A DNA stretch of 17,083 nucleotides from positions 1-17,083 of the forward strand of contig CBFGIV010000050.1 of assembly GCA_965648915.1 (NCBI GenBank), in the 5' to 3' direction. The notes below the pieces were generated by a model. The model searched no databases and was not told the origin of the DNA. It was given only the letters and a program-made list of their open reading frames with translations. Of the stretch, positions 1 to 9,652 are shown one piece after another; the stretch's first letter is position 1, and each line of letters starts with the position of its first letter. The translations under genes were made by a program, and so were the position numbers. The stretch comes from a candidate division WOR-3 bacterium. Its GTDB lineage: Bacteria > Hydrothermota > Tepidihabitantia > SM23-42 > CAYGYG01.

Positions 1-129
1 TTTGGTTATAATGTGCTTTCAGCACCAAAAGAAGACTGGTACATATAAAGCACTCATATTAAAAAAGGAGTAAAACAATAGAAAATTAACTATTGATTAT
101 TTTTCAAAGAAGATTTTCTCAGACCACAG

Positions 130-157
130 TTGACAAAGGTTCTTATCTGATTATAAT
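130..157 (+). promoter_or_regulatory. Sigma70-type promoter, perfect consensus hexamers
   Basis: TTGACA (130-135), 16-nt spacer, TATAAT (152-157); ATG of the first gene at 164. Confidence 0.8.
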
Positions 158-163
158 GAGAGA

Positions 164-1063
164 ATGAAGATATCGGTGATTGTCCCGGCTTATAACGAAG
201 TAGAAAATATCCCCCATCTGGTTAAACTTTTCCGCGAGTTCAATGAGAGGCAGAAAGAAAAGTATGAAGTGATTATTGTTGATGATGGTTCGACCGATGG
301 GACCTATGATAAGGTGCGGGAACTGACCGAAGGGATTTCCTGGATTAAAGTTGTCCAGCATAAGAGAAATTTAGGCAAGACCGAGGCGCTGAGTTCCGGG
401 GCAAAGGTGAGCACCGGCGAAGTTTTAGTGATTTATGATGCGGATATGCAGTATGATATCGACGATATACCAAGACTTTTGAAATTGATCGAAGATGGGG
501 CAGATGTGGCAACCGGCTGGAAGACCGGGGATTACGAAAAGAAGTTTGTATCAAAGGTCTACAATATTTTGGCCGGATGGCTCTTTGGCCTTAAGATCCA
601 TGACTTAAATTCGATCAAGGCTTTCCGGCGTGCGATCCTGGATGAAATGCCAATGCGGAAAGATTGGCACCGCTATATCATCCCCTTTGCCAAAGAGGCC
701 GGTGCCCGGATCGAGGAGATCAAGGTTAATCTGAGACCGAGACGATATGGCAAACCCAAGTATTCGAGCCCCGGCCGGATTATAATCGGTTTTTATGATC
801 TCCTGGCAGTGAAATTTCAACTCTCTTTCCTGAAAAAGCCTATGCTCTATTTTGGCGGAATCGGCGGATTTTTAATCCTGGCGGGCTTTCTGGCTGGAAT
901 CTTAGCAATTATCCTGCGCATCTTCGGGCATGGTTTCCGCCCCCTCTTATATCTTGTTATTCTCTTTATTCTCTCTGGATTATTATTCTTTGGCCTCGCC
1001 CTGATCGGTGAAGCAGTTGCCGCAATCATCGAACGCATCGAAAGGCTGGAAAAAAAGATTTGA
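164..1063 (+). CDS. GT2 glycosyltransferase, polyprenyl-phosphate glycosyltransferase type (DPM1/ArnC/GtrB-like), with two C-terminal TM helices
   Basis: ISVIVPAYNE, IIVDDGSTDGT, RNLGKTEA, DADMQY (DxD), R..G.PKY, then two hydrophobic segments at the C-terminus. Confidence 0.9.
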   Translation: MKISVIVPAYNEVENIPHLVKLFREFNERQKEKYEVIIVDDGSTDGTYDKVRELTEGISWIKVVQHKRNLGKTEALSSGAKVSTGEVLVIYDADMQYDIDDIPRLLKLIEDGADVATGWKTGDYEKKFVSKVYNILAGWLFGLKIHDLNSIKAFRRAILDEMPMRKDWHRYIIPFAKEAGARIEEIKVNLRPRRYGKPKYSSPGRIIIGFYDLLAVKFQLSFLKKPMLYFGGIGGFLILAGFLAGILAIILRIFGHGFRPLLYLVILFILSGLLFFGLALIGEAVAAIIERIERLEKKI

Positions 1064-2010
1064 TGAAGCGGCTCCTCCATATCTTGAGGATTCTCATTGG
1101 AGTCCTCCTGATTATCTTTCTCTTTGCACGAATTGATCTCCGTTCGGTCTTAAACCACATCCTGAGTGTGGATATAAAATTTCTTCTCTTTGCCTCCATA
1201 CCTTATTTCATATTTATTATGATATCGGCCTGGCGCTGGAAGATCTTGCTCGACTACAAAGGGATGGGAGTCGGTTTTGGTGATGTCCTGAAGGTCTATT
1301 TTATCCATCTCTTCTTTAACAATTTTCTCCCCTCAAATGTGGGTGGGGATCTGGCCAGGATTGCATTTACCATCCGGGAAGGGAGGAGGGCAGAAGCGAT
1401 CGGGACGGTTATCGTCGATCGCATCCTCGGTTTTTTTGGCCTTTTTATATTTGGTTTCTTTTCGGTCTTCTTACTCTATCTCACGATCAAGAAGGTTGAA
1501 TTTCTTGCCTTTCTGATTATTGGCTCATTCATAATTCTGGCCGTTGCGACGGTTGCATTCTCGGAGAGGATCTATCGATTCCTCTCTCCGATTTTGCTGC
1601 GGATTAAACTTCTTAATATAGGCCAGCGGGCAGTTCACCTTTATGAGACTTTTATCCATTTCGGAAAGGCGCGCCGACCGATGGTTTACTGTGTAATTAT
1701 CTCGTTCTTTGTCCAGGCCCTACTTGCTTATGTGCCGTATCTAATTCTTCAAGCACTACCCCAGCGGTTTCCTGTCACCTTACTCAGTTTTTTTATTTAT
1801 ATCCCGATCATTAATATCCTGGTGATGATACCGGTTTCAGTGGGGGGTATCGGAATAAGGGAAAACAGTTATGTCTTCTTATTTAAACGGGTAAATCTAC
1901 CGGCCGACGCCGCAGTTTCAGTCTCGTTGTTGTTTTTTCTGATCTCCTTTATCTTCAGTCTGCCCGGAGGCATTCTATTTTTAACCCAGCGTGTCCAGAC
2001 AAAGAATTGA
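1063..2010 (+). CDS. UPF0104 / lysylphosphatidylglycerol synthase TM-domain (AglD C-terminal-like, flippase-like) membrane protein
   Basis: Polytopic hydrophobic protein with AWRW, FFNNFLPSNVGGDLAR, VDRILG and IPVSVGGIGIRE motifs. Start set at ATG 1063 (TGATG overlap) rather than TTG 1060. Confidence 0.85.
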   Translation: MKRLLHILRILIGVLLIIFLFARIDLRSVLNHILSVDIKFLLFASIPYFIFIMISAWRWKILLDYKGMGVGFGDVLKVYFIHLFFNNFLPSNVGGDLARIAFTIREGRRAEAIGTVIVDRILGFFGLFIFGFFSVFLLYLTIKKVEFLAFLIIGSFIILAVATVAFSERIYRFLSPILLRIKLLNIGQRAVHLYETFIHFGKARRPMVYCVIISFFVQALLAYVPYLILQALPQRFPVTLLSFFIYIPIINILVMIPVSVGGIGIRENSYVFLFKRVNLPADAAVSVSLLFFLISFIFSLPGGILFLTQRVQTKN

Positions 2011-2016
2011 TTGGTA

Positions 2017-2045
2017 TTGACAAAGATATTTGTTTTCGATAGAAT
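2017..2045 (+). promoter_or_regulatory. Internal sigma70-type promoter upstream of ugd
   Basis: TTGACA (2017-2022), 17-nt spacer, TAGAAT (2040-2045) in the 97-bp gap; SD GAGGAGG (2097-2103) before GTG 2108. Confidence 0.75.
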
Positions 2046-2107
2046 GTGGGTTCGTGGTGAATGAAAGATTTTTCCAGGTGTTTTTTTGTTAGCAGTGAGG
2101 AGGTTCG

Positions 2108-3397
2108 GTGAAGATCTGTATGATTGGCACCGGCTATGTCGGGTTGGTTACCGGGACCTGTTTTGCTGATATTGGCCACAGTGTTATCTGCATTGATAAT
2201 GATGTTGATAAGATCAGGATGTTGCAGGATGGTAAAATTCCGATCTATGAACCCGGTCTGGAAGAACTGGTCAGGAAGAATGTCGATAAGAAGCTCCTCT
2301 CGTTCTCAACCTCAATCGCCCAAGGGGTTGAGAAATCACAGGTAATATTTATCGCAGTTGGGACCCCACCCAAGGAGAACGGAGAACCGGACCTTTCCAG
2401 TGTTGAAAAGGTCTCCCAGGAGATTGGTTCCAGTATGAAGGACTATCGGTTGATTGTTGAGAAGAGCACGGTTCCGGTCCAGACCGGTAAATGGATCAGA
2501 ACCACCATCCAGCGTTTCAGCCAGACCGGCGTTGATTTTGATGTTGCTTCCAATCCTGAATTCTTAAGAGAGGGATCGGCGATCTATGACTTTCTCCATC
2601 CTGACCGCATTGTGATCGGGGTTGAGAATGAACGGGCAAGGGATCTGTTGCTCGAAATCTATAAACCAATTGATGCAGTAAAGATTGTAACTGATATCGA
2701 GAGTGCGGAACTGATTAAACATGCCTCCAATTCCTTCCTGGCGATGAAGATTTCATTCATTAATGCAATATCCATCATCTGTGAACTGACCGGAGCCGAT
2801 ATCGTTAAGGTCGCAGATGGTATCGGCCTGGACAGGAGGATCGGTCGCGATTTTTTGAATGCCGGGGCCGGGTTTGGTGGTTTCTGCTTTCCCAAGGACC
2901 TGAGGGCGTTTATCGGTATTGCTCAAAAACTGGGCTATGACTTCAGACTCTTGAAGGAAGTCGAGAATATTAATATCAATCAACAGCATCATATTGTTGC
3001 CCGGCTGGAGAGCATGCTCTGGAATATCAAAGAGAAGATAATCGGTATCCTGGGACTGGCCTTTAAACCAAACACCGACGATATGCGTTATGCTCCCTCA
3101 ATCACCATTATTGAATTGCTTCAGAAGGGTGGGGCAAAGATCAAGGCCTATGACCCGGTGGCAATGGAGAAGGCAAGATTGGTGCTGAGGGATGTTGAAT
3201 TTTGCCGGGACCCTTATCAGACGATTGAGAATGCCGATGCCCTGGTGCTCCTGACCGAGTGGGAGGAATTCAAGCACCTCGATTTTGAAAGGATCAAAGG
3301 TTTGATGCGTCAGCCTCTAATTCTCGATGGCCGAAATATCTTCGATCCAGAATCCCTCAAAAAGATGGGTTTCATCTACCGGGGTGTTGGTCGATGA
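2108..3397 (+). CDS. ugd: UDP-glucose 6-dehydrogenase (UDP-glucose/GDP-mannose dehydrogenase family)
   Basis: GTGYVG Rossmann motif, [21 protein letters not shown], catalytic [26 protein letters not shown]. Confidence 0.95.
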   Translation: MKICMIGTGYVGLVTGTCFADIGHSVICIDNDVDKIRMLQDGKIPIYEPGLEELVRKNVDKKLLSFSTSIAQGVEKSQVIFIAVGTPPKENGEPDLSSVEKVSQEIGSSMKDYRLIVEKSTVPVQTGKWIRTTIQRFSQTGVDFDVASNPEFLREGSAIYDFLHPDRIVIGVENERARDLLLEIYKPIDAVKIVTDIESAELIKHASNSFLAMKISFINAISIICELTGADIVKVADGIGLDRRIGRDFLNAGAGFGGFCFPKDLRAFIGIAQKLGYDFRLLKEVENININQQHHIVARLESMLWNIKEKIIGILGLAFKPNTDDMRYAPSITIIELLQKGGAKIKAYDPVAMEKARLVLRDVEFCRDPYQTIENADALVLLTEWEEFKHLDFERIKGLMRQPLILDGRNIFDPESLKKMGFIYRGVGR

Positions 3398-4338
3398 AAA
3401 TTCTGATCACCGGGGGGGCGGGTTTTATCGGTTCCCATCTGGTCGAATATTTTTTGGATCAGGGTGATGAGGTGATTGCCATCGACAATTTTATCACCGG
3501 AAAAGAGGAGAATATTGCCCGGTTCCGGAATAACCTTCGATTCCGTTTTATAAAATTTGATGTTGCCCAGGAGTGGCCCTTAGAAGAAAAGATCGACGCC
3601 TTACTCCACTTTGCTTCACCCGCCAGTCCTTTTGATTATTTGAAATATCCGATCGAAACCATCCGGACTTCCTCGCTGGGCACGCTCAATGCCCTGGAAT
3701 ATGCACTTAAGTTTAATGCCCGCTTCCTCCTCGCCTCGACTTCTGAGGTCTATGGCGATCCCCTGGTCCATCCTCAGAATGAGAGTTACTGGGGAAATGT
3801 CAACCCGACTGGCCCGAGGTCAGTCTATGATGAATCGAAGAGATTTGCGGAAGCGGCGGTGACGGCCTATCACCGCCAGTTTGGCCTGAATTGCCGTATT
3901 GCCCGAATCTTCAATACCTATGGGCCGAGGATGAGGGAGGACGATGGTCGGGTCGTGCCCACCTTTATTGTCAAGGCACTCAAGAATGAGCCATTGCCCA
4001 TCTTTGGTGATGGGAGTCAGACAAGGTCCTTCTGTTATATCAGCGATCTGGTTGAGGGGATCGCTTGCCTGCTTGATTCTGATTATTATGAGCCGGTGAA
4101 TCTGGGCAATCCCGCCGAATTTAAGGTGATTGAACTTGCCCAGATTATCAAAGAACTGACCGGGACCTCAAGTGAGTTTATTTATCGGCCTTTACCCCAG
4201 GATGATCCTAAACGGCGTTGTCCGGATATCACCCGGGCGAAGAAGGTTTTGGGCTGGAGCCCCAGGGTAGAATTGCGCGAGGGGTTAAAGAATCTAATCG
4301 ACTGGTACCGGACCGAGTTAAATGAGAAGAAAGAATAA
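3394..4338 (+). CDS. uxs: UDP-glucuronate decarboxylase (UDP-xylose synthase), extended SDR
   Basis: [46 protein letters not shown] (YxxxK), [27 protein letters not shown] are characteristic of the UXS subfamily. ATGA overlap with ugd. Confidence 0.9.
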   Translation: MKILITGGAGFIGSHLVEYFLDQGDEVIAIDNFITGKEENIARFRNNLRFRFIKFDVAQEWPLEEKIDALLHFASPASPFDYLKYPIETIRTSSLGTLNALEYALKFNARFLLASTSEVYGDPLVHPQNESYWGNVNPTGPRSVYDESKRFAEAAVTAYHRQFGLNCRIARIFNTYGPRMREDDGRVVPTFIVKALKNEPLPIFGDGSQTRSFCYISDLVEGIACLLDSDYYEPVNLGNPAEFKVIELAQIIKELTGTSSEFIYRPLPQDDPKRRCPDITRAKKVLGWSPRVELREGLKNLIDWYRTELNEKKE

Positions 4339-5788
4339 CGAACATTTAAAGATCTATCTTTTGATAATCATCTATGCAGTTCTCTCGGTGGTACTCTTTG
4401 ACCCAAAATTACATACGGGTGGCGATAATGTCCGTTATCTTATTCTAACCGAATCGTTGAGCAGATTTAAGGGATTCCTTGATCTCCACCTTCCCGGCAC
4501 ACCTCCCCATACTCAATATCCTTTTGGCTTTCCGCTCCTTCTTGTCCCGCTCTTCTGGATTTTCGGTAAGAATGTTGTTATTCTAAAACTTGTCCCTTTT
4601 TTCTGTGGCATCGGTGCCTTATGGTTCTTTATTCAGCTGATGAGAAGGCTCCTGGTTAAAGAATGGCTCTATCCGGCACTGGCATTTATCTTTACTCCGA
4701 TCCTGATTGAGTATAATCACTGGCTCTTTTCCGAAATGCCATTTCTTTTCTTCAGTCTGGGGAGTCTCTATTTCTTGACCCGCTATCGGGAAAGAGCGCT
4801 ATTTTTTATCCTTGGCAGTCTCTTTGCCGTCTACGCCTATTTTATCCGCACCGCCGGGATAACGCTGATCCTCGGTATTGCCGTCAGTCTGCTTTACAGA
4901 AGGGACTGGAAGAAACTTTTACTTTTTGCAGTTATATTTCTCGTTCCCTTCGGTCTGTGGCAGTATCGAAATTCCCGGATTCCCCAGGAGTGGTCTTATT
5001 TCCAGCAACTGGTAGCAAAGGATCCATATAATCGCGAGGCGGGAATTATAAATTTCTATGATTTTATCACACGCATTCGCGAGAATCTATCATTATATCT
5101 CTTCAATATTGTCGGGAGTGCATTTTTCCCAGTAATCTCAATGCAATTTGTCCAGGGACTAATCGGTTTGATATTTCTGGTGTGTTTTATTGCCGGTTTT
5201 ATCATCCGGCGCCGGATACTTGACTTTATCGATTTTTATATTGTTTTTGCCCTCGCTTTGCTTCTGGCCTGGCCCCGGGTCTGGTCCGGAGATCGATTTC
5301 TTTTGCCGATAATGCCCATCCTGCTCTTTTATCTTTCCTTCTCTCTGGCGAGACTCTTTGATCAATTAAAACTGCGCTTCGGTCTCCAGGCTGTGATTGC
5401 TTTATTTATCCTGATTAATCTTTTTAAAATCATCCCTTCATTGGGTGCCGGTTTTTCCAGTAAGTATCCGATCGATTATCAGCGGTATTTTGAGGTCTGT
5501 AAGTGGGTCAGAGAGAATACCCCTACCGGTTCATCAATCGTCGCCCGCAAGCCGGAATTTGTCTATTTTTTCTCAAATCGTAAGTCCTTCCTCTATACAT
5601 TCAGTTATGACGAAGATCGAGTGTTGAAAGATATCCTTAATGCTGATTATGTCCTGCTGGATAACTTTATGTGGACGGCAACGACCCAGAAATATCTCCT
5701 GCCCGTGGTGCGAAGGAACGTTGCGCTCTTTACGGTTGAATATCAGACCCCGCCACCAGAATTTTATCTGCTCAGAGTGTTGAGATGA
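4322..5788 (+). CDS. GT-C fold integral membrane glycosyltransferase (ArnT/PMT-like, GT39/GT83-type)
   Basis: Many TM segments; GDNxxY in the loop after TM1, [28 protein letters not shown]-terminal soluble domain. Confidence 0.75.
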   Translation: MRRKNNEHLKIYLLIIIYAVLSVVLFDPKLHTGGDNVRYLILTESLSRFKGFLDLHLPGTPPHTQYPFGFPLLLVPLFWIFGKNVVILKLVPFFCGIGALWFFIQLMRRLLVKEWLYPALAFIFTPILIEYNHWLFSEMPFLFFSLGSLYFLTRYRERALFFILGSLFAVYAYFIRTAGITLILGIAVSLLYRRDWKKLLLFAVIFLVPFGLWQYRNSRIPQEWSYFQQLVAKDPYNREAGIINFYDFITRIRENLSLYLFNIVGSAFFPVISMQFVQGLIGLIFLVCFIAGFIIRRRILDFIDFYIVFALALLLAWPRVWSGDRFLLPIMPILLFYLSFSLARLFDQLKLRFGLQAVIALFILINLFKIIPSLGAGFSSKYPIDYQRYFEVCKWVRENTPTGSSIVARKPEFVYFFSNRKSFLYTFSYDEDRVLKDILNADYVLLDNFMWTATTQKYLLPVVRRNVALFTVEYQTPPPEFYLLRVLR

Positions 5789-6447
5789 AACTCTCGGTTA
5801 TCATACCGGTCTATAATGAGGAGGTCAGTATTAAGGATGTTGTGAAACGGGTTCAGGCGCTAAAGATTGATAAAGAGATTATCATTGTTGATGATGGGTC
5901 AAATGATCGAAGTCGCGCTATTATCAGCCGGCTTGAGGGTGTGAAGAAAATTTTTCACGAAAAGAATATGGGAAAGGGTAGGGCGATAAGAACCGGGCTT
6001 GAGGTCGCTCAAGGTGATTTTGTTATTATCCAGGATGCAGATCTTGAGTATAATCCTGAAGATTATTATAAATTACTGGAACCTTTAAAGAATGGGAAGA
6101 CCAATGTCGTTTATGGTTCGCGATTTAAGGGCAAGGGTAAATTCCTTAAAAAGAGTTATCACGCCAACAAGTTCCTTACTTTTCTAACCAATCTTCTCTT
6201 CGGCGGCCGTCTGAGTGATATGGAGACCTGCTATAAGGTTGTCAAAAGTGATCTGATCAAGAGTTTAAATTTGCAAGCGAATCGTTTTGAGATCGAGCCC
6301 GAGATAACAGTAAAATTACTGAAACGGCACGAGAAGATTTTTGAAGTGCCCATCTTTTATCAGGGGCGGAGAACCGGTAAGAAGATTGGTTTCAAGGATG
6401 GGGTCGCGGCGATCTTAAACCTTATTAAGTGGAAGATAACAGAATGA
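5785..6447 (+). CDS. GT2 glycosyltransferase, DPM1-like (no C-terminal TM)
   Basis: LSVIIPVYNE, VDDGSND, NMGKG, IQDADLEY, VYGSRF, DMETCYK, FEIEPEIT, GKKIGFKDG. Confidence 0.9.
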   Translation: MKLSVIIPVYNEEVSIKDVVKRVQALKIDKEIIIVDDGSNDRSRAIISRLEGVKKIFHEKNMGKGRAIRTGLEVAQGDFVIIQDADLEYNPEDYYKLLEPLKNGKTNVVYGSRFKGKGKFLKKSYHANKFLTFLTNLLFGGRLSDMETCYKVVKSDLIKSLNLQANRFEIEPEITVKLLKRHEKIFEVPIFYQGRRTGKKIGFKDGVAAILNLIKWKITE

Positions 6448-7616
6448 AAGTCCTGTTTGTTGTGACTGCATTTCCCCGTTATCCGGGTGATGTGATTACA
6501 CCCTGGTTGCTTGAAGAGATAAGGGGTTTGAAGAAATATGGTGTTGAGGTGGATGTCTTTACCTCATCCTACAAAGGTCTCAAGAGCGGTCTCTTTGAGG
6601 ATATTATGGTCTATCGATTCCGCTATTGTTTCAAACGCTATGAAAATCTTACCCATGAAGAGATGGCGGCAGATCGTTACGGCCGGGGTCTGCGTTACAA
6701 ATTTATTGCGCTCTGCTATTTACTCTTCGGAATAAAGGCGATATATCAACACTGCCGGCGTAATAGATATGATGTTGTCCATATCCACTGGCCCTTCCCG
6801 CATATCATATTTGGATTTTTTGCCCGTAAGGCCCGGCCGACAAAACTGGTAGTTACTTTTTACGGTGCCGAGGTGCGGTGGTTGCGGAAAAAATTTGCCT
6901 GGTTGAGTAATATTATGAGGTATCTCCTCCGGTCGGCCGACGCCTTTATCGCTATCTCCACCCACATCGCTGCGGAGATAAACTCTCTGGTCGAGCAGAA
7001 GGTTTCAATTATCCCGTTTGGTGCTGCCTGTGAGGCCGGGGATGATGTGCGCACCAGCGATGATAAATTTATCCTCTTTGTCGGTCGCCTGGTCGAAAGA
7101 AAAGGGGTAAAAATTTTGATTGAGGCATTCAGCCGGATCCATAATTTGATTCCCCACCGGCTTGTGATTGTTGGTGATGGCCCGGAGAAGAACGACCTGA
7201 TGATTCAGGCAACACAATTGAAATTAGACCAGCGGGTCGAATTTGCCGGCTGGGTTCCATCCTTTGCCCTCAAGGAATATTTTAGAAAATGTACGGTCTT
7301 TGTGAACCCATCGATCGTTGATCGACGCGGGGACACTGAATCCTTAGGTGTTGTTCAACTTGAAGCAATGACTTTTGCTAAACCGGTGATTGCCTCGCGC
7401 GTGGGCGGGATTGTTGATACGATTGAGGATGGAAAGAGTGGCATTTTGGTTCCACCCGGAGACCCGGAGCGTCTGGCTCAGGCATTGCTTGATCTGACAC
7501 GAAATCAGCAGCGCGCCCGGAGATTAGGCAATTATGGCAAGAAACTGGTCCGGACCCGTTTTAATTGGGATCGGATCATAAAAAAAGTGATAGATCTCTA
7601 TGAAGAATGTAATTGA
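6444..7616 (+). CDS. GT4 family glycosyltransferase (GT-B)
   Basis: FVGRLVERKG, IVGDGPE, ESLGVVQLEAM (Ex7E), ASRVGG. Start set at ATG 6444 (ATGA overlap with the upstream stop). Confidence 0.9.
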   Translation: MKVLFVVTAFPRYPGDVITPWLLEEIRGLKKYGVEVDVFTSSYKGLKSGLFEDIMVYRFRYCFKRYENLTHEEMAADRYGRGLRYKFIALCYLLFGIKAIYQHCRRNRYDVVHIHWPFPHIIFGFFARKARPTKLVVTFYGAEVRWLRKKFAWLSNIMRYLLRSADAFIAISTHIAAEINSLVEQKVSIIPFGAACEAGDDVRTSDDKFILFVGRLVERKGVKILIEAFSRIHNLIPHRLVIVGDGPEKNDLMIQATQLKLDQRVEFAGWVPSFALKEYFRKCTVFVNPSIVDRRGDTESLGVVQLEAMTFAKPVIASRVGGIVDTIEDGKSGILVPPGDPERLAQALLDLTRNQQRARRLGNYGKKLVRTRFNWDRIIKKVIDLYEECN

Positions 7617-8145
7617 GGCACTCCTCTTTGTAACTGATAGTCCTCTATCAATAGATAGAATAAAAGAGATTTGCGAGATCGATCCTGAGGAGATTCGAAG
7701 ATTGATTGCCGAATTGAATCAGGAATATGAAGCCAGCAATCGAGCCTTTCGGATAAAGGAGATTGCCGGTGGTTATCAGTTATACACCCTACCTGAATAT
7801 GCCCCCTGGATAAAGGAACTCTTTCAGCGTCGGGCTGAGGCAAGATTGTCCAAGGCGGCGCTTGAGACCCTAGCGATCATCGCCTATAATCAGCCGATTA
7901 CCCGAGCCCAGATTGAGCGCTTGCGCGGGGTCGATTCGACCGGCGTCATTGCGACCCTGATTTCCCGGCGGTTGGTCAGCACCGATGGTCGGCTGCCCGG
8001 TCCGGGTCGACCGTTAAAATATATTACAACCAAGGAGTTTTTAAGATACTTCGGGCTTAAGGATTTATCAGAATTACCAAAGATAGAGGAGTTTTTCCCG
8101 GATGAAGGAGCGGTTAAATCTCAGGAAGATCAAGGCCCTGTTTAA
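7600..8145 (+). CDS. scpB: SMC-Scp complex subunit ScpB
   Basis: IEALLF, IAGGYQLYT, LSKAALETLAIIAYNQPITRAQIERLRGVDS, GRPLKYITTKEFLRYFGLKDLSELP. Confidence 0.95.
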   Translation: MKNVIEALLFVTDSPLSIDRIKEICEIDPEEIRRLIAELNQEYEASNRAFRIKEIAGGYQLYTLPEYAPWIKELFQRRAEARLSKAALETLAIIAYNQPITRAQIERLRGVDSTGVIATLISRRLVSTDGRLPGPGRPLKYITTKEFLRYFGLKDLSELPKIEEFFPDEGAVKSQEDQGPV

Positions 8146-8758
8146 TAACTTCGGGATTGACCTGATCGGTGTTGCTGATCTTGAAAATTTAAAATTTGAT
8201 ACTGTTGAGATCAGCAATAGATGGAGCAGGGCGATTGTTTTCGGTTATGTTCTGTCATCTGCAGTGCTCGAGACGGTCACGGATCGGCCATCCCTAATCT
8301 ATAAACACCATTACAAGACTGTGAACTGGATACTCGATCAGGCGGGTGAAAGAGTTGCCCACGCGCTCGAAAATTGGGGTTACCGCTCACTTGCGATTCC
8401 CGCCTCCCAGACAGTTGATCGTGAACACATCCGGGGACATATCTCACACCGCTATCTCGGCCATCTTGCCGGCCTGGGGTTTATCGGCCGTTCAGGATTG
8501 CTGATCAATCCTCGATTTGGTGCCCGGGTAAGGTATGCAACCATCCTGACCGATTTAAGATTGAAACCTGATAAACCGCTTAACCGGGATTGCGGCGATT
8601 GTCGGCTCTGTATTGATGCCTGTCCGGCCCGGGCGATCAGTGAACAGGGGCTTGATTTTGAGAGATGTCATGCACAGGTTAAAGAATTTGCTGCTCTGCC
8701 CGGTATCGGTCAAAATATCTGCGGTGTCTGCGTCAAGGTCTGTCGAGGAAGAAGTTGA
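8102..8758 (+). CDS. Short epoxyqueuosine reductase (QueG)-like / reductive dehalogenase-like cobalamin and [4Fe-4S] protein
   Basis: GIDLIGVAD, ISHRYLGHLAGLGFIGRSGLLINPRFGARVRYATILTD, CGDCRLCIDACP, C...CGVCVKVC; SD GAGGAG at 8086-8091. At 218 aa it is shorter than canonical QueG. Confidence 0.7.
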   Translation: MKERLNLRKIKALFNNFGIDLIGVADLENLKFDTVEISNRWSRAIVFGYVLSSAVLETVTDRPSLIYKHHYKTVNWILDQAGERVAHALENWGYRSLAIPASQTVDREHIRGHISHRYLGHLAGLGFIGRSGLLINPRFGARVRYATILTDLRLKPDKPLNRDCGDCRLCIDACPARAISEQGLDFERCHAQVKEFAALPGIGQNICGVCVKVCRGRS

Positions 8759-9297
8759 TGTTTGATCGCAGGTCCATCTTGGGTATTCCTTTTATAGGTA
8801 TTATCACGAGTGATGTGAAGATAATTGAATTGGTTCTTGACTCTCTCCGATCGATGGTTGGCGCCCCGCGCGATTCATATGGTAACGTACCTTTTGATCA
8901 GACGGATTATTATCGAGATGAGATGGGGAGTAATTTGACAAGGGATTGGTATTCTTTCAAACAGTTCCTCGGTCAGGATGAACTGGTTAGGTTTAAGATT
9001 TTAGCAATGGAGATTGAGAGACAATTTTTAAATGAAAAGGGTGGACGAAAAATAAATATCGATCCCGGGCTTGTAACACTGAACAGCGTTCTTCTGACCA
9101 CGCACAAAAATTCCGGACATCGCATCTATTTAGGAGAAGGTATTTTTGCTGAGATAACACTGATCTATAAGAATAAGGCCTTCCAACCCCTGGAGTGGAC
9201 TTATCCTGACTATCGGATTGAAGGGGTCCGGCGCTATTTTGGAGAATTGCGTCGGCAGTTCAAAGATGAAATCAGGACAGGAGAAGACAATGTTTAA
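8758..9297 (+). CDS. DUF4416 family protein
   Basis: FDQTDYYRDEMG, RKINIDPG, KNSGHRIYLGEGIFAEITL and WTYPDY match my recollection of DUF4416. Start at ATG 8758 (TGATG overlap). Confidence 0.75.
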   Translation: MFDRRSILGIPFIGIITSDVKIIELVLDSLRSMVGAPRDSYGNVPFDQTDYYRDEMGSNLTRDWYSFKQFLGQDELVRFKILAMEIERQFLNEKGGRKINIDPGLVTLNSVLLTTHKNSGHRIYLGEGIFAEITLIYKNKAFQPLEWTYPDYRIEGVRRYFGELRRQFKDEIRTGEDNV

Positions 9298-9652
9298 AAT
9301 TTCAGTCAGAGGAAACTTTGCTGCGGCCCATTATGTTCGCGGTTATCGTGGTGATTGTGGTAGTAGCCACGGCCATAACTTTACCGTCGAGGTGGTAATA
9401 ATTTGTCATCAACTTAATAAGATAGATATTGCCTTTGATTTTCGGCGTCTGAAGAAAAGGCTCAATCAGATTCTGAAATTGCTCGATCATAAGGACTTAA
9501 ACCGTCTCCGTTTCTTTCGGCGCCACAATCCGACCGCCGAGATGATTGCTTATTACATCTACCTGCGATTAAAAAAGATGATGCCGCGGGTCAAGATTGA
9601 ATCGGTCTCGATCTGGGAGAGTGATGAAAACAGGGCGACCTATGCACCCTGA
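9290..9652 (+). CDS. queD: 6-carboxy-5,6,7,8-tetrahydropterin synthase
   Basis: FAAAH, CGSSHGHNF (Cx3HGH), DF..LK, LDH, NPTAE, WES. SD AGGAGA (9279-9284) supports ATG 9290 over the longer ORF-track start. Confidence 0.92.
   Translation: MFKISVRGNFAAAHYVRGYRGDCGSSHGHNFTVEVVIICHQLNKIDIAFDFRRLKKRLNQILKLLDHKDLNRLRFFRRHNPTAEMIAYYIYLRLKKMMPRVKIESVSIWESDENRATYAP

Noticed and set aside
1..120. Possible 3' end of an upstream gene (FGYNVLSAPKEDWYI* or ...KALILKKE*) and an SD-like AAAGGAG near 64-70
   Set aside because: Too short to assign a frame or family, and no start codon follows the SD-like sequence at a usable distance.
164..5788. Arn (L-Ara4N lipid A modification) operon
   Set aside because: The decarboxylase is a stand-alone UXS type without a formyltransferase domain, and there is no ArnB or ArnD in the window.
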